Shown: positions 50,980-59,639 of the stretch, in pieces
How positions within the stretch are numbered: the stretch's first letter is position 1
Layout: every line of letters starts with the position of its first letter
Source: Pseudomonadota bacterium
GTDB lineage: Bacteria > Pseudomonadota > Gammaproteobacteria > Burkholderiales > Burkholderiaceae_C
DNA length: 62,024 nucleotides
NCBI GenBank assembly: GCA_021814605.1
Contig: JAKAIB010000002.1
Coordinates: 1-62,024, forward strand
Direction: 5' to 3'
Made by a program: the position numbers and the translations under genes
Notes under the pieces: generated by a model
What the model was told of the DNA's origin: nothing
The model's input: only the letters and a program-made list of their open reading frames with translations
Databases searched by the model: none

Positions 50980-51416
50980 GCCGGGAATATCCGCAGCGCC
51001 CGATCGTCGGTATCGGCGTAGCGGTGCTGCGGCCGGGGGCGGTGCTGCTGGTGCGCCGCGGCCGCGCGCCGAGTCTGGGGGCATGGAGCCTGCCCGGCGG
51101 GGCGCAGGAACTCGGGGAGACGGCGGAGCAAGCGGCGCGGCGCGAACTGGCGGAGGAGACCGGGCTCGCCGTGGGCGAACTGACGCTCGCCGCCAACGTG
51201 GACAGCATCCATCGCGATGCGGACGGGCGGGTGCAGTTCCACTACACGATCCTGGATTTCTGTGCCCGCTACGCCGGCGGCGAACCGCGCGCCGGCGGGG
51301 ACATCACCGAGTTGACATGGGCAGGCTTCGATGCGCTGGACGCATTCGATCTGTGGTCGGAGGCCCGGCGGGTGATCTCGGCGGCACGCGGGCTGCTGGG
51401 ACTGGCAAAAGCGTGA
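50976..51416 (+). CDS. NUDIX hydrolase (ADP-ribose pyrophosphatase-like)
   Basis: Nudix box GGAQELGETAEQAARRELAEETG. GTG start overlaps the upstream stop. Confidence 0.92.
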   Translation: MSREYPQRPIVGIGVAVLRPGAVLLVRRGRAPSLGAWSLPGGAQELGETAEQAARRELAEETGLAVGELTLAANVDSIHRDADGRVQFHYTILDFCARYAGGEPRAGGDITELTWAGFDALDAFDLWSEARRVISAARGLLGLAKA

Positions 51417-51602
51417 CCTTTCGGCTGAACGGCACCAGCAGGGAGGGCCTGCATCGGCCCGATCCCGCGTTTGCTGCCATGTCGTTGAGCCGTGGCGCAC
51501 TGGGGTGGCTTCGTTGCGAAAAGCCGGTAAAACCTTGTTCAAGCAACTTGTGCTTGTCGCAATCGTTACCAATAAGAGTCGTGGTTGCCGGGGAGACGCG
51601 AC

Positions 51603-53837
51603 GTGTCCACCACCATCGAGCTCACCGCCAATAGCCAGGCGAGCCTCGCCAACGCCATCACCGCGGCGGACGTGCAGGCCACGCCGATTGGCACGACCTT
51701 CGTCATCGACATCGCGCCGAGTGCCACGATCAACCTGACCAGCGAACTGCCGGCAATCGACCTCGCACCGGGCAATGCCCTGGTCATCAACGGGGCCGGC
51801 TCGAAACTGCAGGGTGACGGCAACGAGCGCGGGTTCCTGGTTTATGCCGGCTCGGTCGCGATCGCCAACCTGACTATCACCAACACGGTGGCCGTCGGCG
51901 GCAACGGCGGCAATGGCTGGGAGGGCGGCGGAGGCGGCGCGGGGCTGGGCGGCGGACTGTTCGTCGCCGCGAACGCCTCGGTGTCCACCACCAACGTCAA
52001 CTTCGTCGCCAACGCCGCCGTTGGCGGCGATGGCGGGCGCGGCAACTACGACGGCTATTATGGTCTCGGCGGCGGCGGCGGCATGGGCGGATCGGGCGGC
52101 ACGTCCGGACGGTTCGGCCTTTCCGGCTCGTTCTACGGCAACCGCTCCGCCCCGGGCGGAGGGGGCGGAGGAGTCGGCCGAGGCGCCGGCGGCTACAATC
52201 TGGGCGCCCCGGCCGGGGCGGGCATTGTTCCGGGCATCCCCGGCGCGAGCAGCGGCTACTTCTATTCGGCGGCGTCCGGCGGCGGCGGCGGTCGGAGCAG
52301 CGGCGGCGGCATCGGGCCCAGCGGGCGCAGCGGCGGGTTCGGCGGCGGCGGCGGGGCATACGGGTCCGGCGGGTTCGGCGGCGGCGCCGGCGCCTTCGGC
52401 AAAAGCGGCGGATTCGGCGGCGGTGGCAGCGGGGGCGCGGATATCGGCCCACCCGGCTTCGGCGGCGGGGTCGGGCAGGCCGGCGGCTACCAGTCCTCGC
52501 CGGTCGGATACGGCTACTACGGTGCCTACTATGCTCGCGTGCCGGGCCGCGGGCCGGGCGGAGGCGGGCTGGGCGCCGGGGGCAACGTGTTCGTCCAGCA
52601 GGGCGGCACCCTGTCGCTGGGCAGCGGGGTGCTGCTTGCCGGATCGGTGAAGGGCGGCTTGCCGGGCGGCGGCAGCGCACAACCGGGACTGGGCCTGGGC
52701 AGTGCCGTATTCCTCCAGGGAAACGAACTCCTGGTGCTGGCGCCACCCGCCGGCGAGGCGTTGACGATCGATGCCGGGATCGCCGATCAGGCGGGCTCGG
52801 TCGCGCAGGCGACGGAAAGCGGCACCATCGCGGTCGCCGGTGCCGGCACCGTGGTGCTGACGGCGGCCAGCACCTTCACCGGCGGCACCGCGATCAACCT
52901 GGGCACGCTGCAACTCGACAACCCGCAGGCGGTCGGCAGCGGGGTGATCTTCCTCAACCCGGCGGGGGGCGCCACGCTTGCGATCGACGGCGCGCCGCCG
53001 TCCAACCTGATCTATGGCTTCGCCTTCGGCGACGCGATCCAGCTCTCCCCGGTGCCGTTGAGCGTCACCTATGACGCGGCGCAGCATGTGCTTCTGTACG
53101 ATGGCGGCACGCTGCACTTTGACCCGTCCAGCGCGCCCGCCGCGATCGACTACAACCCGCGCAACGGCCTGCTCACGGTGCCCTGCTTCGCGGCTGGCAC
53201 GCGTATCGCGACCCCGCGCGGCGTCGTCGCGGTTGAGCATTTGCGCGTCGGCGACCGTGTGATGCTGGCCGAGGGCGGCAGCGCCGCGATCGTGTGGCTC
53301 GGCCGTCGCCGCATCGATGTCGCGCGCCATCCGCGCCCGGCGGACGTGCGGCCGGTGCGCATCGCCGCCGATGCCTTTGGCCTCGGTCGCCCACACCGGA
53401 CGCTGCGGCTCTCACCGGACCATGCGGTCTTCGTCGATGGCGTGCTGATTCCGGTCCGCTACCTGCTCAACGACGCGACCGTGGCGCAGGAGCCGGCCGC
53501 AGCCATCACCTACTGGCATGTCGAGCTGGAGCGGCACGGCGTGCTGCTGGCCGAGGGACTGCCGGCCGAGAGCTACCTCGACAGCGGCAACCGCGCCGCC
53601 TTCGTCAATGGCGGCACGGTGGTCATGGCCTCCGCCGACTTCGCGCGCCGGACCTGGGCAGACCAGGGCTGTGCCCCGCTGGTCACCGAAGGCGCGGTGC
53701 GCGACCGCGTGTATGCGCGGCTGATCGCGCAGGCGCTGGCGCTGGGTTGGCGGACGCAGGACGCGGGGGCAGGCCAGGTGCGCTGGTGCGCGCCCGCCCC
53801 CGCCCGGCCGATCAGGCGCCGGCGAGCACGTGGATGA
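51603..53837 (+). CDS. Glycine-rich surface protein with autotransporter-type beta-strand repeat and C-terminal Hint (Hint_2/BIL-like) domain
   Basis: PCFAAGTRIATPRG (Hint N-terminal Cys), LSPDHAV and YWHVELERH..LLAEGLPAESYLD. GAGTVVLTAASTFTGGTAINLGTL repeat. Long GGFGGG-rich tract. Confidence 0.88.
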   Translation: MSTTIELTANSQASLANAITAADVQATPIGTTFVIDIAPSATINLTSELPAIDLAPGNALVINGAGSKLQGDGNERGFLVYAGSVAIANLTITNTVAVGGNGGNGWEGGGGGAGLGGGLFVAANASVSTTNVNFVANAAVGGDGGRGNYDGYYGLGGGGGMGGSGGTSGRFGLSGSFYGNRSAPGGGGGGVGRGAGGYNLGAPAGAGIVPGIPGASSGYFYSAASGGGGGRSSGGGIGPSGRSGGFGGGGGAYGSGGFGGGAGAFGKSGGFGGGGSGGADIGPPGFGGGVGQAGGYQSSPVGYGYYGAYYARVPGRGPGGGGLGAGGNVFVQQGGTLSLGSGVLLAGSVKGGLPGGGSAQPGLGLGSAVFLQGNELLVLAPPAGEALTIDAGIADQAGSVAQATESGTIAVAGAGTVVLTAASTFTGGTAINLGTLQLDNPQAVGSGVIFLNPAGGATLAIDGAPPSNLIYGFAFGDAIQLSPVPLSVTYDAAQHVLLYDGGTLHFDPSSAPAAIDYNPRNGLLTVPCFAAGTRIATPRGVVAVEHLRVGDRVMLAEGGSAAIVWLGRRRIDVARHPRPADVRPVRIAADAFGLGRPHRTLRLSPDHAVFVDGVLIPVRYLLNDATVAQEPAAAITYWHVELERHGVLLAEGLPAESYLDSGNRAAFVNGGTVVMASADFARRTWADQGCAPLVTEGAVRDRVYARLIAQALALGWRTQDAGAGQVRWCAPAPARPIRRRRARG

Positions 53838-54120
53838 CGCGGCTGGCGATCAGGGACTTCGTGCGCGCAGCGTAGGCCGCCATGTGCGGCGCCGCGGCAT
53901 GGGCGCGCAGCGCGTCCGGGCTTTCCCACTTCTCGATCACGACGAAGGTGTCGGGGCCGAACGGCGTGGCGAACTTGCCGAACCCCTCGGCGTCGATCGC
54001 CGGACCGTATTCGATGCACCCGGCCTCGGCATGGACGTTCGGCATGTTGGCGCGGAACTCCGCGAGCAGCGCGTCACGCTGGCCGGGCTGGGCGGTGATG
54101 ACGGCGAGGACGTGGATCAT
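53812..54120 (-). CDS. Antibiotic-biosynthesis-monooxygenase family (YgiN-like putative quinol monooxygenase)
   Basis: VHAEAGCIEYGP and FVVIEKWES.DALRAHAAAPHM motifs. 102 aa. Confidence 0.88.
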   Translation of the reverse strand: MIHVLAVITAQPGQRDALLAEFRANMPNVHAEAGCIEYGPAIDAEGFGKFATPFGPDTFVVIEKWESPDALRAHAAAPHMAAYAARTKSLIASRVIHVLAGA

Positions 54121-54122
54121 GC

Positions 54123-54674
54123 TTACTCCAGGTTGGTGTGATTGGCACGCATCGTCTCCGGCGTGACGCCGAGCCGGTCGCGCAGGCGGAGCACCATCGC
54201 CTCGAACAGGACGAACATCGCACCCTCGAACAGCGAGCCCATCGGCAGCACCGAGACCGACGGGCCGCGGTCATCGGCCATGGTCTGCGCCGGGATCGGC
54301 AGCACGACGTCGCCGCGCCGGGCGGTCGCGCCCTGCACCTGCGCGGTGATGACCATGACGCGCGCGCCGGCCGCCTTGGCGACATCCGCCAGCGCACTGG
54401 CCGTCGCAAGTTCGCCGGGGCCGGCCGAGACGATCAGCAGATCGCCCGCGCCGAGCGCGGGCGTGGTCATGTCGCCGACCATGGCGACCTTCAGCCCCAT
54501 GTGGAACAGCCGCATGCAGAGGCCGCGCAACTGCAACCCCTCGCGCCCGCAGCCGTAGAAAGCGATCCGGCGCGCCTGCGCGATCGCATCGAGCGCACGG
54601 TCCACCGCCGCCTCGTCGATCCGGTCAAACACGCCGGCCAGCTCATCCAGGGCTGCGCGATAGAGGTTGGCCAT
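54123..54674 (-). CDS. SIS-domain sugar-phosphate isomerase (6-phospho-3-hexuloisomerase-like)
   Basis: GCGREGL, MRLFHMG, VGDMTTP, PMGSLFE and ANHTNLE motifs. RBS GGGAGAG before ATG 54674. Confidence 0.85.
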   Translation of the reverse strand: MANLYRAALDELAGVFDRIDEAAVDRALDAIAQARRIAFYGCGREGLQLRGLCMRLFHMGLKVAMVGDMTTPALGAGDLLIVSAGPGELATASALADVAKAAGARVMVITAQVQGATARRGDVVLPIPAQTMADDRGPSVSVLPMGSLFEGAMFVLFEAMVLRLRDRLGVTPETMRANHTNLE

Positions 54675-54714
54675 GTCACTCTCCCGTCCTGTCCGCCCGC
54701 GCCCGGAGGCGAAG

Positions 54715-56247
54715 ATGCAGCCGATCGTCATGACCCCCGGCGCCGTCCCGCTCGCCGCGTGGCGGGCAGTGCTGGACGGCGCGCCTGTCCGGCTCGACCC
54801 TGCCGCCGCGCCGGCGGTGGCACGCGGGGCGGAGGCGGTGGCGCGGATCGTCGCGCGCGGCGAACCGGTGTACGGCGTCAACACCGGGTTCGGCAAGCTG
54901 GCGAGCATGCGCATCGCGCCCGACGACCTCGCGCAACTGCAACGTAACCTGGTGCTGTCGCACGCGGCCGGACTTGGCGCGGCGATGCCGGCGCCGCTCG
55001 TGCGACTGATGATCGCGCTCAAGCTGGCGAGCCTCGGCCACGGCGCCTCCGGCGTGCGGCCGCAGACCGTGGCGATGCTGGAGGCGATGCTGGCCCATGA
55101 CCTGCTGCCGGTCATCCCTGTGCAGGGATCGGTCGGCGCCTCCGGCGACCTCGCGCCGCTCGCGCATCTGGCGGCGGGGATGCTGGGCATCGGCATGATG
55201 CGCGTCCGCGGCCAGATGATCCCCGCCGCCGAGGCACTGGCGGCGGCGGGACTGGCGCCGCTGACGCTCGCGGCCAAGGAGGGGCTGGCGCTGCTCAACG
55301 GCACGCAGTTTTCCACCGCCTATGCGCTCGCCGCACTGTTCGGCGCGGAGGATGCACTGCGTGCGGGGCTGGTGACCGGCGCGCTCGCCACCGACGCGGC
55401 GCGGGGATCGGACACGCCCTTCGATGCCCGCATCCACGCGCTGCGCGGCCAGCGCGGCCAGATCGATTGCGCGGCGAGCCTGCGCGCGCTGATCGCCGGC
55501 AGCGCGATCCGCGCCTCGCACCTGACCGGCGATGTGCGCGTGCAGGACCCGTATTGCCTGCGCTGCCAGCCACAGGTGATGGGGGCCGCACTCGACCTGC
55601 TGCGCCACGCAGCGGCGACGCTGGCCGCCGAGGCCAATGGCGTCTCCGACAATCCCCTGATCTTCGCCGCGGATGACACCGCTTTATCGGGCGGCAATTT
55701 CCACGCCGAGCCGGTGGCCTTCGCCGCCGACATCATCGCGCTTGCCATCTGCGAAATTGGCGCGCTGGCCGAGCGGCGGATCGCGCTGTTGACCGATGCC
55801 GGCCTCTCCGGCCTGCCGGCGTTCCTGACGTCCCATCCGGGCCTGAACTGCGGCTTCATGCTGCCCCAGATCGCCGCCGCGGCGCTGGTCGCGGAGAACC
55901 GGCAGATGGCGCATCCGGCGAGTGTCGATTCCGTGCCGACCTGCGCCAACCAGGAGGATCACGTGTCGATGGCGGCACACGGCGCGCGGCGGCTGTTGCC
56001 GATGATCGAGAATGCGACGGCGATCATCGGCATCGAGTTGCTGGCGGCGGCACAGGGCTGCGACCTGCTCGGCCCGCTGACATCGAGCGCCGCGCTGGAA
56101 CGGGTGCGCGCGCGCCTGCGCCGCGACGTGCCGAAGCTGGAAGAGGACCGCCTGCTGCAACCGGACTTGCAAGCGGCGATCGCGCTGGTCCGTTCCGGGG
56201 AAATCGTTGCCGCGGCGGGCGCCGGCGCGCTGCCGCCGCTCACGTAG
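54715..56247 (+). CDS. hutH: Histidine ammonia-lyase
   Basis: [16 protein letters not shown] (HAL-type His), [12 protein letters not shown] (MIO triad ASG), [20 protein letters not shown] and NQEDHVSM motifs. Confidence 0.92.
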   Translation: MQPIVMTPGAVPLAAWRAVLDGAPVRLDPAAAPAVARGAEAVARIVARGEPVYGVNTGFGKLASMRIAPDDLAQLQRNLVLSHAAGLGAAMPAPLVRLMIALKLASLGHGASGVRPQTVAMLEAMLAHDLLPVIPVQGSVGASGDLAPLAHLAAGMLGIGMMRVRGQMIPAAEALAAAGLAPLTLAAKEGLALLNGTQFSTAYALAALFGAEDALRAGLVTGALATDAARGSDTPFDARIHALRGQRGQIDCAASLRALIAGSAIRASHLTGDVRVQDPYCLRCQPQVMGAALDLLRHAAATLAAEANGVSDNPLIFAADDTALSGGNFHAEPVAFAADIIALAICEIGALAERRIALLTDAGLSGLPAFLTSHPGLNCGFMLPQIAAAALVAENRQMAHPASVDSVPTCANQEDHVSMAAHGARRLLPMIENATAIIGIELLAAAQGCDLLGPLTSSAALERVRARLRRDVPKLEEDRLLQPDLQAAIALVRSGEIVAAAGAGALPPLT

Positions 56248-56250
56248 GCT

Positions 56251-56285
56251 GGGCGGGCCGCACGCGGCGCTCGCGCGGCCCGCCC
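56251..56285. terminator. GC-rich hairpin between convergent hutH and the coiled-coil gene
   Basis: 11-bp perfect stem GGGCGGGCCGC ... GCGGCCCGCCC immediately after the hutH stop. Confidence 0.6.
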
Positions 56286-56290
56286 TGCCG

Positions 56291-57520
56291 TCACAGCCGG
56301 CCGAGGATGCGATCGGCCTTGGCGACGCTCTTTTCCAGGTCCTGCGCCGTCTTCTCCAACAGTTCGACATCGGCGTTGATGAAGTCGATCGACTTCTTGG
56401 CCTCGGCCTGCGCCATCAGCGCGGACGGGAAGCGGCCCACGGCGACCAGAATCTCCTTGGCGTTGGCCGTGGCCTCCTTGGCCTGCGCCGCGGCATCGGC
56501 CTGGATCGCCATGACCTTGTCGCGAATGTTGTCGGTGATCGCGTTCTTCTTGACCGGATCGGCTTCCTTGTCACGCTCGTTCTCGATGCGGTCGCGGTTG
56601 TGGTCGAGCTTGCCGTCGATATCGGCGGCGGCCGCCTGCATCGGACCGGCCAGCTTGCTGGCGCGGGTGGCAAGCTGGTCGAGCGTCTTGAGCAGCGTCG
56701 CAGTCGCCTTCGTGGCATCCTTGGAAGCCGTCGCGGCATCCTTGACCACGTCCTTGGCACCGTCGAATTCGTCCTTCATCTCGCCCAACAGGTGATCGAC
56801 CTGCAACACCACGTTGTCGGCCCGATCAGCGGCCGCCTGGACGGCCTTGTTCTGCACGTCCAGCAGATCCTTCTTGCACGCCTTCCATTCGTCCACGATC
56901 TTCTGCCGGCCTGCGGTGAGCTTTTGCAGCGACGCGGTGGTCGTCGTGATCGCCGCCTCGATCGCCTTGGCCTTGACGGCGATGGTGGCGAACGCCGTCT
57001 TGGTCGCCGCAGCGTCACCCGACCCTGCGGCCAGTGCGATGTCGGCGAGCGCATCGCTGCACGCGCCGTGGTCCAGGATCGCCTGGCGCTTGGCGGCAGC
57101 CGCCTGCGCCTGCGCAGGCTTGCACGCCTTGATGAACTCCGAGAATCCCTTGAGCAGCCTGTCGGTGACCGCCTGCGTCGCGGCGACATTCGCCTGCTTG
57201 CGCAAGTCCGCGAAATCCACGCCGATCTGCTGCAATGCCGCCGCCAGCTTGCCGACCTCGGCGGTGTAGTTCGCGCCCTTGTCCTCCTTCGCGGCCTTGA
57301 CCAGGATCGGCGCGTAGTCGCCGACGACCTTGCTGAACACCTCCTCGGCCTTCAGCATCCGGTCAGGGTCATCTCTGCCGGCGGCGTCATCGAGTCCCTT
57401 GAGGGCACTGTCGATGCCGGTGGACTTGTTGAACACGCCGAGAAACTTCTCGCACGGTTTCTTCTTCTGCGTCGCCGCCTCGAAGCTGCGCCGCGCCTTC
57501 TTCCACTCCTCCAGGAACAT
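56291..57520 (-). CDS. Hypothetical Ala/Lys/Asp-rich alpha-helical (coiled-coil) protein
   Basis: About 409-aa ORF with strongly biased codon usage and RBS GGGGAG. No recognisable catalytic motif. Confidence 0.7.
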   Translation of the reverse strand: MFLEEWKKARRSFEAATQKKKPCEKFLGVFNKSTGIDSALKGLDDAAGRDDPDRMLKAEEVFSKVVGDYAPILVKAAKEDKGANYTAEVGKLAAALQQIGVDFADLRKQANVAATQAVTDRLLKGFSEFIKACKPAQAQAAAAKRQAILDHGACSDALADIALAAGSGDAAATKTAFATIAVKAKAIEAAITTTTASLQKLTAGRQKIVDEWKACKKDLLDVQNKAVQAAADRADNVVLQVDHLLGEMKDEFDGAKDVVKDAATASKDATKATATLLKTLDQLATRASKLAGPMQAAAADIDGKLDHNRDRIENERDKEADPVKKNAITDNIRDKVMAIQADAAAQAKEATANAKEILVAVGRFPSALMAQAEAKKSIDFINADVELLEKTAQDLEKSVAKADRILGRL

Positions 57521-57731
57521 CGCCTGTCTCCCCTGCCCGTCCACGGTGTCCGCAGCCGATTGCTGCGGGACCGGAACCTAGGGCGGGCGCGGCGGCAGGA
57601 CTGTGACGTGCGTTACTATTGCGCCGACGTCAGGGCGGGCAGCCACGCGGTCGTCTGCTGTCAAGGCCGCGCTGCCCGCGGCGCGGAGGGCGATCAGGAC
57701 AGCGAGTTTGGCCGATCCGTCGGGCAGCCGC

Positions 57732-58019
57732 TCACGCGGCCAGCGACAGCCGGCGCTGCGCTGCTTCGTCGCCGAAGCAGCGCGCGACGTCGCCGACCGT
57801 CTCGACATCGCGCAACGCGTCTTCCGGCAGGTCGCGGCCGAGCAGCGCCTCCAGCTCCAGCCCCGCCTCGATCAGGTCGAGGCTATCCAGGCCGAGATCG
57901 GCGAGGCGCGTCTGCGGCGTGATGCTGCCGTCCGGCGCATAGACGATCTTTCGCAGCAGCTGAACAATCTCGCCCACTAAGGGGTCCGATCTAACGGCAT
58001 TCGTCTCGTCGGAGCCCAT
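57732..58019 (-). CDS. Acyl carrier protein
   Basis: TRLADLGLDSLDLIE and TVGDV motifs. RBS GGAGAGGG before ATG 58019. Confidence 0.82.
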   Translation of the reverse strand: MGSDETNAVRSDPLVGEIVQLLRKIVYAPDGSITPQTRLADLGLDSLDLIEAGLELEALLGRDLPEDALRDVETVGDVARCFGDEAAQRRLSLAA

Positions 58020-58127
58020 GTGCCCTCTCCGATTCGTGATCGTGCCCCCCGCATACCATGCGGGGCGTACCACACGAAAGCGCGATCTGCACTCAGAAGG
58101 GGTTTTCGACTTGGCGTTCCGCCGGAG

Positions 58128-59009
58128 TTACTTGTGCGCCGCCGTAACCGGGAGGTGACGGGCAATGTACGGCGGCAGATGAAACGCACCGACATGGATT
58201 TCGGGCGTCCAGTACTCCGTCTGTCCGAGCACGCCGGCCGCCTGCGCGCGGGCACGGACGGTCTCCACCGTCAGGGTATCCAGCCCCGGCTGCTTGGCGG
58301 CGAACCCCAGCGTCATATAGCCCCCGACATAGGTCGGCACCGCGGCAACGTAGGCGCCGACATGCGCGAAGGCGCGGGCGCGCCGCAGGCTGGTCTCGTG
58401 CAGCTCGTCGGCCTGCATGAACGGCACGCCGCACTGGTTGACGATCAGGCCGCCCGCCGACAGCACGCGCGCGGCATGGGCGTAGAACGCGTCGGTGAAC
58501 AGCACCTCGCCGACGCCAATCGGGTCCGTGGAATCGACGATGATGGCGTCGAAGGATGCATCCGCCGCGCGCGCGACATAGTCGATGCCATCGCCGACGA
58601 TCACCTCGGCGCGCGGGTCGCCCCAGGCGTCGCCGCCGATCTTCGGCATGAATTCGCGGGCAAGGCGGATCACCTCGCCGTCGATCTCCACCATGACCGC
58701 GCGTTCGACGGTGCCGTGCATCAGCACGCGCCGCAGCACACCACCATCGCCCGCGCCGATGATCAGTACGCGCTGTGCCGCGCCATGCGCGAGCAGCGGC
58801 ACATGCGTCAGCATCTCCTGATAGACGAACTCATCCGCCTCGGTGATCTGCACCACGCCGTCGAGCAGCATGACGCGGCCATGCGTGTAGCTCTCGATGA
58901 TGGCGATGTCCTGGAACGCGCTCTGCACCCGCGCCAGCTCGCGCTTGATGCGGAAACGCTGTCCCCAGTCCGGGTACAGCGTTTCGTTCACCCAGGCGTC
59001 GGTCGTCAT
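58128..59009 (-). CDS. speE: Spermidine synthase (polyamine aminopropyltransferase)
   Basis: LDGVVQITEADEFVYQEMLTH, VLIIGAGDGG, VEIDGEV and IVDSTDP motifs. Confidence 0.96.
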   Translation of the reverse strand: MTTDAWVNETLYPDWGQRFRIKRELARVQSAFQDIAIIESYTHGRVMLLDGVVQITEADEFVYQEMLTHVPLLAHGAAQRVLIIGAGDGGVLRRVLMHGTVERAVMVEIDGEVIRLAREFMPKIGGDAWGDPRAEVIVGDGIDYVARAADASFDAIIVDSTDPIGVGEVLFTDAFYAHAARVLSAGGLIVNQCGVPFMQADELHETSLRRARAFAHVGAYVAAVPTYVGGYMTLGFAAKQPGLDTLTVETVRARAQAAGVLGQTEYWTPEIHVGAFHLPPYIARHLPVTAAHK

Positions 59010-59470
59010 CAGGCGATACGGCCGCGATGCTGCTGGTCGAGCGCGATGCGTTCCGGCGCGAATGCGCGTTGCAGTACCGGCAACGACCGGCGCGGGTCGC
59101 AGGCGCCGCACATGAAGATATCGACCGCCGCGAAGTCACGCTCCGGCCAAGTGTGGATCGAGATGTGGCTCTCCGCCAGCACCAGCACGCCCGATACGCC
59201 GCCATTGGGCGAGAAGTGGTGGAAATGCCCGTGCAGGATGGTCGCCCCCGCCGCCTGCGCCGCCTCGCGCAGCGCCGCGTCGATATGCGCCGGATCGTTC
59301 AGGTTCTTCGCCCCCCACAGATCGACGAGCAGATGCATCCCGGCATAGGTCATGCCGTCGCGCGTGACGAAGTAGTCCTTCTGCACCGTCGCGTCCGCGA
59401 GCGGGATGTCGTGCGTCTGGTTCTCGCTCGGGACTTCCGAGACCATCCCCAGTTGCGTGAGTGCGTTCAT
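59009..59470 (-). CDS. speD: S-adenosylmethionine decarboxylase proenzyme
   Basis: GMHLLVDLWG, GGVSGVLVLAESHISIHTWPE (ES autocleavage site) and DIFMCG motifs. Confidence 0.96.
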   Translation of the reverse strand: MNALTQLGMVSEVPSENQTHDIPLADATVQKDYFVTRDGMTYAGMHLLVDLWGAKNLNDPAHIDAALREAAQAAGATILHGHFHHFSPNGGVSGVLVLAESHISIHTWPERDFAAVDIFMCGACDPRRSLPVLQRAFAPERIALDQQHRGRIA

Positions 59471-59554
59471 CGCGTACCCCTCTTCCAACCAGCAGACAGC
59501 CTGTTGGACGCGCGAGCCGGCCGGCCGGCGCGTCCCCTGGGGCTAAGGCCGCGC

Positions 59555-59583
59555 AACATGGGGGAAGGGGGGGTGGGGTGCAA
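59555..59583 (-). promoter_or_regulatory. Putative sigma70 promoter of speD-speE
   Basis: On the minus strand, TTGCAC (59583-59578), a 17-nt spacer, then CATGTT (59560-59555). Confidence 0.5.
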
Positions 59584-59639
59584 GGGCAAATTCGTCACCC
59601 CGGGCACGGATTCCGCAACCCAGTCAGCCGCAAAGCGCG

